Virus record (IMG/VR): IMGVR_UViG_3300011116_000416
Location: 1-64,000 of that record
Strand: one strand, 5' to 3'
From: a virus
DNA: 64,000 nucleotides
Below, piece by piece: positions 35,495-46,161 of the stretch. The notes beneath the pieces were generated by a model, which was not told the origin of the DNA, did not search any database, and saw nothing but the letters and a program-made list of their open reading frames with translations. Position 1 is the first letter of the stretch, and each line of letters opens with the position of its first letter. The position numbers and the translations under genes are program-made.

Positions 35495-35809
35495 CTAGCG
35501 AGTAATATATTTAAGTGCTGATACCAAGTCATTAATTGCCTCGGCAGCAGTGAAGTAAATATTCTTCTTCGCTCTATCTCCTTTTTCTACATTGACCATC
35601 CAAGTGGCTTTAAGCGACATCTTTGCAGCAATTGCTTGCAAGCGTACTATTTCTATTGTTGCAACGTTTAGTGGAATATCTGGCTTTAGAATTACCTTTG
35701 CTACAAAGGTTAATGCTGTGGTAAGCTCTTCGTCATTCATAAAGTCAGCAATCTCTGAAAGACCGTTGACCATCTCTAAAGTTGTTTTATTCTGCTCTGT
35801 GTTTTCCAT
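35495..35809 (-). CDS. Hypothetical phage protein
   Basis: ORF track. Confidence 0.75.
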   Translation of the reverse strand: MENTEQNKTTLEMVNGLSEIADFMNDEELTTALTFVAKVILKPDIPLNVATIEIVRLQAIAAKMSLKATWMVNVEKGDRAKKNIYFTAAEAINDLVSALKYITR

Positions 35810-35835
35810 TTTGTTTCCTTAATGTTATAATTCTA

Positions 35836-36123
35836 TTATACACTATCATCAAGGATTTGTTCAAGTAGCGATAATTCAATGACTGCCAATCTTGTTTTAC
35901 TATTACCCTCGCCAATAACAACCACAATTGCAGGGTCATTATTGTTTCTTATGGCATCAGTAACAGCCTTAGCCCAAACATCCTTATTTAGAGTAAAAGA
36001 CTTGCCAACCTCTTTAAAGTCTACGGTAAAGTTCTCCCAAGACGCATCGCCTTTCTTGATGCCCCTACCAGAGTTTTTGTGCTGTTTAGCACCCAAACGC
36101 TTGCTTTCGCCTCTTTCACTCAT
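35836..36123 (-). CDS. Small PD-(D/E)XK endonuclease / resolvase-like protein
   Basis: NSGRG..KGDA...VDFKE..KSFTL. Confidence 0.65.
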   Translation of the reverse strand: MSERGESKRLGAKQHKNSGRGIKKGDASWENFTVDFKEVGKSFTLNKDVWAKAVTDAIRNNNDPAIVVVIGEGNSKTRLAVIELSLLEQILDDSV

Positions 36124-36286
36124 AGTCTTTTTTGCTTTTCTTTGTTTCTAGGCTAACTTCGCTTAGGTGCTTTTCTGGACACATCCAGGTAATCAGCTTC
36201 TCTTTTGGATAAAGTCTGACGGTCTTAACCTCAGTCTTACAGGTGTGGCAAGGAAAGGTGCCTGTATAGATGCTATACTTGCCCAT
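36116..36286 (-). CDS. Small zinc-ribbon protein (56 aa)
   Basis: Translated by hand: MGKYSIYTGTFPCHTCK...WMCPEKHLS. Confidence 0.7.
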   Translation of the reverse strand: MGKYSIYTGTFPCHTCKTEVKTVRLYPKEKLITWMCPEKHLSEVSLETKKSKKDYE

Positions 36287-37283
36287 TTACCTTAGCCTTA
36301 ATTTCATCCTGTAGGTCTAGGTCCTCTCGTACTCTTGCTACGAACTTATCTCTACCCTGCAGTTTAGTGCCATCTGGTAGGATATACCAAGCACCTGTAC
36401 GCTCTACAATACCCATCATCTCGGCAGTATCAACCAAATCACCAATGCTGTCAATGCCAACATCACCTCGGAAATAAAAATCGTACTCTCCAGATTGGAA
36501 GGCTGGCGATGTCTTGGAGAACTGGACTTCCCAACGAACTTTCCTACCAATCTTTTCCTCAATGAGTTTATCGCCAACTGCAATCTTGCCTTTAATTGCT
36601 TGATTTTCTGATTCGGAACTGAATAACTTGATAATCGTAGATGAATAAAATTTAGTAGCCTGACCACCAGAAGGCTGTTGACTAGTATACATAGCAGAAA
36701 TATTGTTACGAGATTGCGAAATAAGTACCAAAAGGGTTGGCTTAACTTTGTTATTAGCGTAATTAAGCATCTTCCAAGCATTGCTAAAATCTCTAGACTC
36801 CGCACCAATCTGCTTAGTGTTCTCCAACTGTTTAAGTTCATCTGAATCCTTTTCAAAATAAATTGCTGGTAGTAGTGATGTAATTGAATCAACCACAATC
36901 AAATCTACGCCAGCTGTCATTAGGTTTGTGCCAACATCAACCATCTCGTTGATTGTTCTGGCTTGTGATACGATTAGGTTTGCCGTATCCACTCCAAGAG
37001 CCTTAGCCCATTCTTCTGAGTACGACATCTCTGCATCAATCCAAGCACACAGTTTGCCTTCCTGTTGTGCTAGTGCAATCATCTGTAGACATAGTGAAGA
37101 CTTAGCGGATGACTTGCTACCCCAGATAAGTACCTGGCGACCATATGGCAAACCACCATTGAGTGCACGGTTTAGTCCAAAGCTAGGCGTAGCCTGATAC
37201 TCAGTCTTAAAACCAACACCAGTAGTAAGGTTCTTGCGAATGCGTGGGTCTAATTGTGCCAAAGCTTCTTCGATAGTTGTCAT
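36273..37283 (-). CDS. recA: RecA-family recombinase
   Basis: ALNGGLPYGR, WGSKSSAKS, WIDAE, VVDSI, SGGQATKFYSS, GAWY. Confidence 0.92.
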   Translation of the reverse strand: MTTIEEALAQLDPRIRKNLTTGVGFKTEYQATPSFGLNRALNGGLPYGRQVLIWGSKSSAKSSLCLQMIALAQQEGKLCAWIDAEMSYSEEWAKALGVDTANLIVSQARTINEMVDVGTNLMTAGVDLIVVDSITSLLPAIYFEKDSDELKQLENTKQIGAESRDFSNAWKMLNYANNKVKPTLLVLISQSRNNISAMYTSQQPSGGQATKFYSSTIIKLFSSESENQAIKGKIAVGDKLIEEKIGRKVRWEVQFSKTSPAFQSGEYDFYFRGDVGIDSIGDLVDTAEMMGIVERTGAWYILPDGTKLQGRDKFVARVREDLDLQDEIKAKVNGQV

Positions 37284-37627
37284 TAGAAACGTACCCCATG
37301 CTTTTCTGGACGTGTCTTGTTGAATCCAGTCTTCTTGTCAAGTGCATAGTCTAAAGAAATATTTGTGTAACCCTGCTCTACCAAACCTGCATATAGGTCA
37401 AGTGTGCGGATAAGTATGTCTGCAAATTCTGCAGCAATCTCTTCTTCGCCTTTGTCTTTGCGGATTGCTTCCATAACCTCGGTTACTTCAGAAACAATCA
37501 TCATTAGTTGTTTAGTTACAAAGATATCTACCTGCTCTGCAGAAGCATCATCAATAACTTTCCAGAAACCTTTTTTAACTGCGGTTTCATGCAGTTCCAT
37601 TGCTAGTTCATCAAACATTGAATACAT
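37283..37627 (-). CDS. mazG: MazG-like nucleotide pyrophosphohydrolase
   Basis: IVSEVTEVMEAIRK, EFADILIRTLDL, K..FNKTRPEKHG. Confidence 0.8.
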   Translation of the reverse strand: MYSMFDELAMELHETAVKKGFWKVIDDASAEQVDIFVTKQLMMIVSEVTEVMEAIRKDKGEEEIAAEFADILIRTLDLYAGLVEQGYTNISLDYALDKKTGFNKTRPEKHGVRF

Positions 37628-40600
37628 CCTCCATTATCGTTGTTCCATCTTTTGTTTTGCCTAATGCAAACTTATAAACATTTCCCTCGTCCAACTTCAT
37701 GTATGCCTTTGCAAACGTAGTTGGAAATACCGTAACGCTGTGAAGCTCTCTAGCGGCATCTGCCAGAACCAGCGAAGCCATCTTCTTCCCAGCCTTAGTC
37801 ACACGAGGTTTGAATGACACTACAAATAGTTCATCATCCTTGTATGGCAATTGCCTAAAGTTTAGCAACTTAATCAGTGCTGACGGATTACCCTTAACTT
37901 CATCGGCTGGAATAGCAGTAACAACCCTATTATCACTTGCTAAAACAATGTATGTTCTACCAGCTTCGATTGTCGTATTCTCGTCATCAAAGATACCTGT
38001 GCTACCAGTCTTATCTAGTAGTTCTACTCTTGACCATCCCTTGCCACGCTTGATACTCTTAATCATACCCATCAAAACGTATGCACCTTTTTCTTCGTAT
38101 TCTTCGACATCGTTGATGAATGCGTGATAGTGCTGTGGAATAGAAATGCTAAACTCTGGCAGATTTAGATACTCGTAAAGATTTTCACGAATTTCTTCAT
38201 CGTTTCTAGGGTTGTCATCAAATGTGGCAGCACCTACGAGCCTTAGAGCCTGTAATGCACGACTATTTACGCCATTGCCCTTACCAAATGTAAACGCTTC
38301 TAAGTCTTTATATGAAGCAAATGGTCTAGCCGCAATATACTTATTAGCAATGTTATCACTAATAAACTTGATAGCACTTAGTCCAAATCTAATACCCTTG
38401 CCTTCAATCTTGAAATCAACATCGGATTCATTGATGTGTGGCAAGCGAACTGGAATACCCATACGCTTTGCTTCGATTAGATATTCTGTACGAGCATCTT
38501 TATCGCTCTCATTCTTAAGTAGCGAATACATGAACTCAATTGGATAGTTGTACTTTAGCCATGCAGTCCAGTAAGATACTGTCGAATAGGCAACAGCGTG
38601 AGACTTGTTAAACGAATATCCAGCGTGAGCCTCAAAGTCATGCCACAGGTCTTCTGCCATGTTTGGTGACAGGTAGCGTGAAGCACCTGCAATAAACTTA
38701 TCTTGGAATACCTTAAACTCTTTAGCATCCTTTTTCTTACCGATAATCTTACGAACCTTGTCAGCTTCTGCCATCGTCATACCGCCAAGTTCCACACAGG
38801 CAAGCATAACCTGTTCCTGATACAGAATGCAACCATAAGTTTCTGCTGTAAATGACTTTATGACTTCGTGCTTGTAGTCAATATTTTGCTTACCGTGCTT
38901 ACGAGCAATATAGTCTTTACCGATTGTGTTCATAGCACCTGGACGAACCAAGGCGTTAGAAGCCGCCAACTCATTAAAGTTTTTAACAACCATCTTAATT
39001 AGTAGGTTGGTGTATGGCGTTGCTTCACATTGGAATACACCTTTAGTAAAACCATCAGACAACATACGATAAACATTGGCATCTTCCATATTAATTTTGT
39101 GTAGGTCAATGTCTTCGCCTGTACGCTCTTTAATAATTGCAAGCGTGTCCTGAATAACAGATAGAGTCTTTAGACCCAAAGCATCAATCTTAATTAGACC
39201 AATACGTTCTGCTTCTTCCATGTCCACTGCCACAACTGGAATACGTTCCTTGCTACCTGGAGTTGTTCTAGTCTCTAGTGGTGCATACTTAAAGATAGGC
39301 TCTTTAGCAGTAACCACACCAGCAGCGTGAATACCTGTACCACGAATACGACCACGAAGTTGTTCTCCATAAAGTTCAATCTCTGGATACTTCTCACGGA
39401 ATTCAGCAGTAGATTTTGATGTTAGGTAGTCATCCCAGTCATCAACCAACTTAAGAACCTTGTTCACATCTGGTAGCGGAATATTTAACACACGAGCAAT
39501 ATCACGAATCATTCCCTTACCCTTGAACTCTAGGAATGTTGCAATAGAAGCAACGTGACGATACTGACGGACAAGGTAATCCTTTACTTCTTCACGTCTT
39601 GAATCCTGAATGTCTGTATCGATATCTGGGAAGTCATTACGTTCTGGGTTAATAAATCTAAAGAACAGAAGACCATGCTTGATTGGGTCAACATCTGTAA
39701 TACCGAGAGCATAGCAGACAAGCGAGCCAGCGGCTGAACCACGACCTGGACCAACCATAATGCCTTCTTTCTTAGCCCAGTTAATCATATTACGAACAAC
39801 CAAGAAGTATGGTGCAAAATTCTTGTCTTTAATAATTTGCAGTTCTTCTTCAACTCTAGCGTGGTATGTTGGGTCTAAGTCTAGTCCACGAGCCTTTAAG
39901 CCATCTAGCGATAACTCATATAGTTCTTGGTCTGGATTCTGATATTGTGCAGGTAGCAGGTCTAAGTAGTCTTTGATATTGTAGTCTTCAACCTTGTTCA
40001 TAATCTCAACAGTGTTGTCGTACATGTCCTGTCTTACAATACCCTGGGCTTCCATAGCATTGTGCATCTCTTCGTCAGATAGCAGGTGAATTTCATAATC
40101 CCTAAAAGTAATCTGGCGGTCAGCACCATACAGGTAATCCAACTTGTCCATAAGATTGTCTAGCTTTTGGCTACCAGCAAAAGTAGCATCTTTCTCAATC
40201 TTGTTAGAATATGTGTTTAGGATTAGTTTGAGTTCCTGGATTTCTCTCTGCTCTTTATTTGCGTGATGGCAGTCAGGAGTCACAATTGGCTTGATACCAA
40301 ATTCATCTGCAAGACTTAGAATAGTCTTGTTAATCTCTGGTGGGTTATGTGGCATAACCTCGATGTAGTAGTCATCACCAAATGTCTCTTTAGCCCATTG
40401 TAGGTGCGACTTAGCACTTGCTAGGTCATCCGCTTCAATTGCTTTTGCAAGATAGCCAGATAGACAGCCAGAAGTAATAATAAGTCCTTCTTTATACTTT
40501 TCTAGTGAAGCCCAATCCATTCTTGGCTTCTTAAAAAATCCTTCTGTCCAAGCAATCTCATTAAGTTTGTTTAGGTTCTCTAAACCTTTTTCGTTTTTAG

Positions 40601-40892
40601 CAAGAATGATTAGGTGGTTATAAACCAAGTCTAGTGGGGTATCTTCTCGTTCATTCTTGTCACGTTGGTCAAATCTGTCCTGTGCAATATATCCTTCAAC
40701 ACCGAGGATTGGCTTGATACCCTTTTCAATTGCAGCACGATACATCTCACGATGTCCAGATAGCGAACCATGGTCAGTAATAGCGATGGCTGGCATTCCA
40801 ATCTCGATTGCCCTGTCCACATATTCTTGTGGTGTCGCAATGCCATCAAATAGCGAATAGTGAGTGTGAACGTGTAGTCCAGCATAACTCAT
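37611..40892 (-). CDS. dnaE: DNA polymerase III alpha subunit
   Basis: PHP HVHTHYS/TDHG, GPGRGSAAGS, FPDIDTD, HAAG, YQEQ, YSFNKSH. Confidence 0.97.
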   Translation of the reverse strand: MSYAGLHVHTHYSLFDGIATPQEYVDRAIEIGMPAIAITDHGSLSGHREMYRAAIEKGIKPILGVEGYIAQDRFDQRDKNEREDTPLDLVYNHLIILAKNEKGLENLNKLNEIAWTEGFFKKPRMDWASLEKYKEGLIITSGCLSGYLAKAIEADDLASAKSHLQWAKETFGDDYYIEVMPHNPPEINKTILSLADEFGIKPIVTPDCHHANKEQREIQELKLILNTYSNKIEKDATFAGSQKLDNLMDKLDYLYGADRQITFRDYEIHLLSDEEMHNAMEAQGIVRQDMYDNTVEIMNKVEDYNIKDYLDLLPAQYQNPDQELYELSLDGLKARGLDLDPTYHARVEEELQIIKDKNFAPYFLVVRNMINWAKKEGIMVGPGRGSAAGSLVCYALGITDVDPIKHGLLFFRFINPERNDFPDIDTDIQDSRREEVKDYLVRQYRHVASIATFLEFKGKGMIRDIARVLNIPLPDVNKVLKLVDDWDDYLTSKSTAEFREKYPEIELYGEQLRGRIRGTGIHAAGVVTAKEPIFKYAPLETRTTPGSKERIPVVAVDMEEAERIGLIKIDALGLKTLSVIQDTLAIIKERTGEDIDLHKINMEDANVYRMLSDGFTKGVFQCEATPYTNLLIKMVVKNFNELAASNALVRPGAMNTIGKDYIARKHGKQNIDYKHEVIKSFTAETYGCILYQEQVMLACVELGGMTMAEADKVRKIIGKKKDAKEFKVFQDKFIAGASRYLSPNMAEDLWHDFEAHAGYSFNKSHAVAYSTVSYWTAWLKYNYPIEFMYSLLKNESDKDARTEYLIEAKRMGIPVRLPHINESDVDFKIEGKGIRFGLSAIKFISDNIANKYIAARPFASYKDLEAFTFGKGNGVNSRALQALRLVGAATFDDNPRNDEEIRENLYEYLNLPEFSISIPQHYHAFINDVEEYEEKGAYVLMGMIKSIKRGKGWSRVELLDKTGSTGIFDDENTTIEAGRTYIVLASDNRVVTAIPADEVKGNPSALIKLLNFRQLPYKDDELFVVSFKPRVTKAGKKMASLVLADAARELHSVTVFPTTFAKAYMKLDEGNVYKFALGKTKDGTTIMEDVFNV

Positions 40893-40956
40893 ATTGTTTT
40901 TCCTTAAAGTCTAAAAAGTGGGGGCACAGAGCAAATCATGTACCCCCACAGCCTGA

Positions 40957-41610
40957 TTACCAGTCTATGTTACTTGATGTAACAGACGGAGTGTCAAAGC
41001 CGAAGAAGAAATTCTCCTGCTCTGCATATGGAACTTCACGAACAACCTTTTCAAGATTGAAAGGCTCGATACCATCCCATTTGAATGGTTCTGTATCTGG
41101 CTTAGTTGGAAGCAAGGTGTAGCTGGTTTCAGTTCCCTGACCATTACGCTTAATCTTCCACTCCAAGTTAGAGATAGAACCAGTTTCCAGTGCATACTCA
41201 CGAATAGTGTTGAATGCAGACTGCTTTGAAATACCCTGAGACCATACAGCAACGTATGTTGGCTCTAGACCATCTTCGATTAGTACGTTTCCGTACCAGC
41301 GTAGACGTGCTCTCCAGCCAGACTTAGGCTCCTTACGAGCCATCTCACAGCCATAGCAACGACCTTCTGATTCGATGGTACAAGCAGCCTTACGCTTGTA
41401 GTCCTTTGGGTTAGTGTGTTCTGCGATTACAACAGAAAGACCACGGCTCTCGTTGTATGTTGCAGAATCGGTGTCCAGTTCCTCGATGAAACGGATTTTT
41501 GCAGACTGTCCATCCGCTAGCTTTACCCAGCGAACTTTCTGTCCAGTGCTTTCATACTTTGGCTTATCAAGTATATCGCTGATATTCTTTAGCCCTTTAA
41601 TTACGCTCAT
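40957..41610 (-). CDS. Single-stranded DNA-binding protein (gp32-like)
   Basis: KIRF, H...C...CYGC, KIKRNGQGTETSY; acidic/aromatic tail; between primase and polymerase. Confidence 0.7.
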   Translation of the reverse strand: MSVIKGLKNISDILDKPKYESTGQKVRWVKLADGQSAKIRFIEELDTDSATYNESRGLSVVIAEHTNPKDYKRKAACTIESEGRCYGCEMARKEPKSGWRARLRWYGNVLIEDGLEPTYVAVWSQGISKQSAFNTIREYALETGSISNLEWKIKRNGQGTETSYTLLPTKPDTEPFKWDGIEPFNLEKVVREVPYAEQENFFFGFDTPSVTSSNIDW

Positions 41611-41641
41611 AATATTCTCCTTATGTTTTTGTAGCGGTATA

Positions 41642-42586
41642 TTAGTTTAGCATACTAGCAATAGTTTTGTCAAATGATTCATCAAGATTCTTAATAGCTT
41701 CATCAGACATATCGCCAATATCCTTATATTGTTTATCTAGTTGTACAACAGATACACGAGAGCCAAGACGTTCAATAATCTTGTCTTTCATATTTCCGCC
41801 AGCTTCATCATTATCAGCAATAACAATAATGTTATTGAAATACTTCTGAAGTAGGTCTGTTTGGAAGTTGGACACATTTGCACCCAACGTTGCTACCGCT
41901 GAAAAACCGCATTGGTCTAGACGGATAGCATCAAATGATGATTCAACTACATAGACTTTGCTAGAAGTCTTTACACGATGTAAGTTGAATAAAGTCTTTG
42001 CTTTCGGCAATCCTGGTGTATTCTTGAAGTCCTTGCCTTCAATGGAACGACCAACAAAGCCAACAGGTATGCCATCTGGAGAGTGAACAGGGATAGTGAC
42101 CATATCTTGCTTTTCACTAAATCCAAGGTCAAACTTCTTGATTGATTCTTCTGTTATTAGTCTGCCACTGTAATATCTCAATGCCCTTGGCGATTCCAAT
42201 GCCTGTTGATTTAAACGTCTAATCTGCAACTCGTCATATGGGATATAGTCTGGCTTAGTCACCAATGTTTGATTAATTTGATACTCTAGGTCAGTTTCTG
42301 TTTCTTTGGACTTGATAAAGCGTACTGCCTCAAAGTATGTTCTAGCGGATGTTTGCATAACCAATGCAACTAAATCACAAACATGTTGGCAAGAGAAGCA
42401 ATAGAACATACCAGAACGCTTGTCAACTTCCCCAGCTGGTGAGCGGTAGTTGTTGTGAAATGGACAGAAAATGATATAATCAGAGTCTACTTCGTTTTCG
42501 ACTGTGATGCCTGACCCTGCAATAACTCTTTTAATTTGTTCTTTTGAGTAGGAACCAGTTGAGTTCCGTCTATTCCTGATATCCAT
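41642..42586 (-). CDS. dnaG: DNA primase
   Basis: CPFH...CFSC zinc finger; TOPRIM VVESSFDA, DND.AG, KDIGD. Confidence 0.9.
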   Translation of the reverse strand: MDIRNRRNSTGSYSKEQIKRVIAGSGITVENEVDSDYIIFCPFHNNYRSPAGEVDKRSGMFYCFSCQHVCDLVALVMQTSARTYFEAVRFIKSKETETDLEYQINQTLVTKPDYIPYDELQIRRLNQQALESPRALRYYSGRLITEESIKKFDLGFSEKQDMVTIPVHSPDGIPVGFVGRSIEGKDFKNTPGLPKAKTLFNLHRVKTSSKVYVVESSFDAIRLDQCGFSAVATLGANVSNFQTDLLQKYFNNIIVIADNDEAGGNMKDKIIERLGSRVSVVQLDKQYKDIGDMSDEAIKNLDESFDKTIASMLN

Positions 42587-42831
42587 AAAGCCTTTTTCTT
42601 TCCTATGTATGTTCCGTATACTGTTAATGTGAATTCAAAGTAATCGTGTTCGTTATTATATTTTATCGTAAACTGTGGGTCTATGTCAAGTCTTGGAATA
42701 TAGCCCAGTTCACACATTTCAAGGTTCTTTAGTCTAACTAATTCGAGCCTGAGCCTTCCGATAGCAGCATCATTCTTGATGATACCATCAAAAGTAAAGT
42801 TCTTAATAGGCTTGTGATATAAATTGTCCAC
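42487..42831 (-). CDS. Hypothetical phage protein
   Basis: ORF track; GTG start 5 nt after TATAAT. Confidence 0.65.
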   Translation of the reverse strand: MDNLYHKPIKNFTFDGIIKNDAAIGRLRLELVRLKNLEMCELGYIPRLDIDPQFTIKYNNEHDYFEFTLTVYGTYIGKKKALWISGIDGTQLVPTQKNKLKELLQGQASQSKTK

Positions 42832-42843
42832 AATCCATTATAA

Positions 42844-44064
42844 CTAGTTATCTTCATAATCCTTGTATTTATACCAGCCCTTGTCAAAGTCAACCTGAAC
42901 CAGGAACTCGCCCATAAAGCCATTACGGTTTTTACGGAATACGCACTCGATAATGTCTGAATTTGTCCCACGACCTAGAGCCATTACCCAGTCAGCATCG
43001 TAGGCAATCTGGCGTGACCAAGCGGTTTGCCCCAAAGTAGGAACAGTATCTAACTTGGTAACGTCATCTGGTGTAGCAGACGAAATTGCAATAATCGGCA
43101 CTTCTTCTGCGATAGCCATAAGCTTTAGTTCACGAGATAGGTTCTTCATACGAACTGTTTCGTTGTCTGACTTTTGGTTTGGAGACATAAGTTGCAAATA
43201 GTCCACAATAATAAAGTCTGGCTTGTACTGGTCAATCTTGCCACGAATAACCGATGGAGTAACTTCTCCACCAGAATCATTAGAGATGATATGGAATTCT
43301 GGCTTGCCAGCAAGCTCTTTGCCATGCCAACGCTTTAGGTCATCAATCTCTACCTGACCATTACTTAGTTTACGGTGTGACCATAAACCATCACCCATAA
43401 TCGTAAAGACACGATTACGAACTTCTGTTTCTGACATTTCTAGCGATATGATTAGTGGTGACTTGCCCTGCTTCCATGCCTGTACCGCAAAATATAGCGA
43501 TAGCCAAGATTTACCAATACCTGGATAAGCAAGGAATACGCCCAATTGTCCTGGCATAATTCCAGCAGGTAGATAGTTATCAAATCCTGGTAGCCCAGTC
43601 TTGATACCAACAGCACCTAATTCGTTTTGCTTTTGTACTTGCTCAAAGTATGCGACAGCAGAATCAATATCAGTAACGTCAATATCACGAATTACTGCTG
43701 TGTTTTTCTTTAGCTCTGATGTTTTTTGAATAATGTCTTCGAGTGCTTTGCTACCCTGACCAGCCTGAACATCTGTAGCAGTAGTACGCAAGATATCTTT
43801 AAGGCTATCATTTAGGTATTCAGCCTGTAGCTCTTCTAGGTGATATTTAGTTGCACCCACGCCATCTATTGGTGCAAAATCACGGAACTTTTCTACAACC
43901 AAAGATACAGGTGGAACCGTGCCATTGGCTTCAGAATAGTTGCGGATAAATGTCCATATATCATTATGTGTTCTAAGAATGTTCTCGACATTTGCTTGCA
44001 GCAAAACGTGAACTTGTTTGTCTGCCAATACAGCAGATATTAGTTTTGATTCTGTATTATTCAC
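42844..44064 (-). CDS. dnaB: Replicative DnaB-like helicase
   Basis: AYPGIGKS, SLEM, IVDYLQLM, SRELKLMA, DAD, KNRNG. Confidence 0.92.
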   Translation of the reverse strand: MNNTESKLISAVLADKQVHVLLQANVENILRTHNDIWTFIRNYSEANGTVPPVSLVVEKFRDFAPIDGVGATKYHLEELQAEYLNDSLKDILRTTATDVQAGQGSKALEDIIQKTSELKKNTAVIRDIDVTDIDSAVAYFEQVQKQNELGAVGIKTGLPGFDNYLPAGIMPGQLGVFLAYPGIGKSWLSLYFAVQAWKQGKSPLIISLEMSETEVRNRVFTIMGDGLWSHRKLSNGQVEIDDLKRWHGKELAGKPEFHIISNDSGGEVTPSVIRGKIDQYKPDFIIVDYLQLMSPNQKSDNETVRMKNLSRELKLMAIAEEVPIIAISSATPDDVTKLDTVPTLGQTAWSRQIAYDADWVMALGRGTNSDIIECVFRKNRNGFMGEFLVQVDFDKGWYKYKDYEDN

Positions 44065-44365
44065 TTAGCCACTCCTTAGCCCTTGCCCTACGTTCTGCAC
44101 GTTCTTCTATATCTTCTTGTATTTGCTTACGCTTATACACAATGTGGTCTGCATAATTTGCAAAGTATTTCCAGTTTGGTGTTGGTGCTACATCAAAGTA
44201 GTATTGTAGTAACTCATAGCAATCTGGCAAGCCATAGGATTCGATAAGGGCATCTGCTGCCCATTGCTCTACGTTTAAGTTTAGTGATGGCTTTTCTTCG
44301 TACCTTGCAGTATGTAACTTGCTGTAGCGACTAAGCAAAGCCATGCGGTCTTTGCGGTCTGCCAT
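44057..44365 (-). CDS. Hypothetical protein (possible helicase loader)
   Basis: ORF track; directly upstream of the helicase. Confidence 0.7.
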   Translation of the reverse strand: MADRKDRMALLSRYSKLHTARYEEKPSLNLNVEQWAADALIESYGLPDCYELLQYYFDVAPTPNWKYFANYADHIVYKRKQIQEDIEERAERRARAKEWLSE

Positions 44366-44574
44366 TACTTACTTTCTGTTTCTTCTACTGCTTCTGCAAC
44401 TTTTTCAGATAGCTTCTGCTCTACAAAAGCATAAACACGCTCAAATGCATCGTTTGTATTTTCACCTTCACGCTTATTATCTGATACAGATAGGTCAATA
44501 CGCAGGGATTGAAAGTTGCCTAGATTAAGCGTATAGCCTAGCCCAACTGTTACTTTAGTGTTGTCGTTTTCCAT
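44365..44574 (-). CDS. Conserved actinophage protein (TLNLGNFQSLRID)
   Basis: YTLNLGNFQSLRIDL motif. Confidence 0.75.
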   Translation of the reverse strand: MENDNTKVTVGLGYTLNLGNFQSLRIDLSVSDNKREGENTNDAFERVYAFVEQKLSEKVAEAVEETESK

Positions 44575-44595
44575 TATTCTCATACCCTTTCAAGG

Positions 44596-45126
44596 CTAAA
44601 TAGATTCAGACCAGACAGGGATAAAACGCCCATCTTCAGTCTTCGTATATGTAAGTATACCATCTCCCATTCGTCTTGTCAACTCCTGTTTGGTAGGTGT
44701 TACATCATTTGTAATTAGTTTATCTTTTCTTGGTCTACCGTGATGGTAGGAAGCCAGTATATCACGAATTTCCCTAACTTGTGCCTCGGAATAGTAAGAA
44801 CGAACCTGCCAAGCCCTCTCTCCGCCCTTCTGTGACCCCATAGGGAAGGGAATAATGCCTTTGAACATTAATTGTGGCATATATTTTTTATGTCTGTTTA
44901 CGAGCTGTGCAGCCTGTCCAACGGTATATGCACGAAGCCTATTTTTCTTAAAATCATTAACTAAACAACTTTCGATTCTATCTTTTGTAATATTATAAAC
45001 AGACATTATTCCATTAGAGTTGTTCATATGATAAACACGAACCAAGTCCCCATTCAAAAACCATACCTTTTTGCTTGCTGGTACAACTGGGGCTGAATTA
45101 TACTCTTCCATTGTTAGAGCAGCCAT
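44596..45126 (-). CDS. HTH (MerR-like) DNA-binding protein
   Basis: YTVGQAAQLVNRH...GIIP.P...RSYYSE. Confidence 0.7.
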   Translation of the reverse strand: MAALTMEEYNSAPVVPASKKVWFLNGDLVRVYHMNNSNGIMSVYNITKDRIESCLVNDFKKNRLRAYTVGQAAQLVNRHKKYMPQLMFKGIIPFPMGSQKGGERAWQVRSYYSEAQVREIRDILASYHHGRPRKDKLITNDVTPTKQELTRRMGDGILTYTKTEDGRFIPVWSESI

Positions 45127-45134
45127 TTAAACTC

Positions 45135-45605
45135 CTAAGTAGTAGTTGTAGCTAATTTTCCAATAGCTGTGATAAGAACGCCAAGTGTTTGTGAGTCTGC
45201 TGTTTTGGCTGGACCACAAACAACCTTAAATGTACAGGAGTCAAGCCCAACGTCTGTAATCACTATACTAGATAAAATATCCTGTGAATTTACTTGACCA
45301 CCAGAAGCATATATTGTTGCCTGAACTATTGGATTTTCTAAAAATCTTATGCCAAAATTAACCTTTTCTTCTCCACTAGTGCTATTTGCAGTAGTTTTTA
45401 AAGTAAAGGTTGTTCTTTGAAAAACAGTAGAAGTTCCCCATTGACCATTTTTTAAAATAGATTTTGTGGTATCTCCATTTTTACCTATTGAAGAGTCGGA
45501 GGAGTATTGCAATGAAGAAATTGCATTAATAGTATTTACTATGTTAGAAAGTACTTGCTGGTCTATTAGTGTACCAGATTGGATTGGTGAAATGTCTTGA
45601 GCCAT
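45135..45605 (-). CDS. Minor tail / H-type lectin-like protein
   Basis: VNFG..F..PIVQAT...FKV...LITAIG pattern at end of tail module. Confidence 0.55.
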   Translation of the reverse strand: MAQDISPIQSGTLIDQQVLSNIVNTINAISSLQYSSDSSIGKNGDTTKSILKNGQWGTSTVFQRTTFTLKTTANSTSGEEKVNFGIRFLENPIVQATIYASGGQVNSQDILSSIVITDVGLDSCTFKVVCGPAKTADSQTLGVLITAIGKLATTTT

Positions 45606-45639
45606 AACTCTATTATACCATTAAATCCTTTGCTTATTA

Positions 45640-46161
45640 TTAAACAATAGACCCTGCATCGAATATGGGTCTAGTGGAGATTCCACCTGTTTGGAAGAGA
45701 AGTGCGTTAGTATTAATAACCTTTAGCCCTGTTGGAATTTGAACAGCAACCTTAACATATTGAGCTAAAACCGATGAAACTATGGGTATCTCAATAAAGT
45801 AAGTATATGTATTTACCGTATCAGCATATTCAAAATCTGTGTAAGAAGCTCCATTATCATAAGACCAGGCAAAATATATATCAAATTTTTGTCTATCTAA
45901 GATTTCGGGAACTGTCCATCTAACATTCAATGCTGTTCCACCAGATTGAAAAGATGTTACAGAATACTCTGGAGTGTATCCAGCTATTATAGATGAAACG
46001 CTATCTTGAGAAGATAATGAAAATGTTGACCATTCAGATGCTGTTTCACCATCAGTTGAAACAAGTTTAAATCTATTGAGATAGCTTAAGCTAGATGATG
46101 AATTTTCTATTGTTGCCGAGCCTACCGCTGCTAAAATTGCTGTTGCTATTTGTTCTGCCAT
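45640..46161 (-). CDS. Minor tail protein
   Basis: Tail module position; beta-rich. Confidence 0.6.
   Translation of the reverse strand: MAEQIATAILAAVGSATIENSSSSLSYLNRFKLVSTDGETASEWSTFSLSSQDSVSSIIAGYTPEYSVTSFQSGGTALNVRWTVPEILDRQKFDIYFAWSYDNGASYTDFEYADTVNTYTYFIEIPIVSSVLAQYVKVAVQIPTGLKVINTNALLFQTGGISTRPIFDAGSIV

Noticed and set aside
31111-44064. Inteins or introns in terminase, RecA, DnaE or helicase
   Set aside because: Protein lengths and motif spacing look normal; no C...HN intein ends or LAGLIDADG motifs were seen
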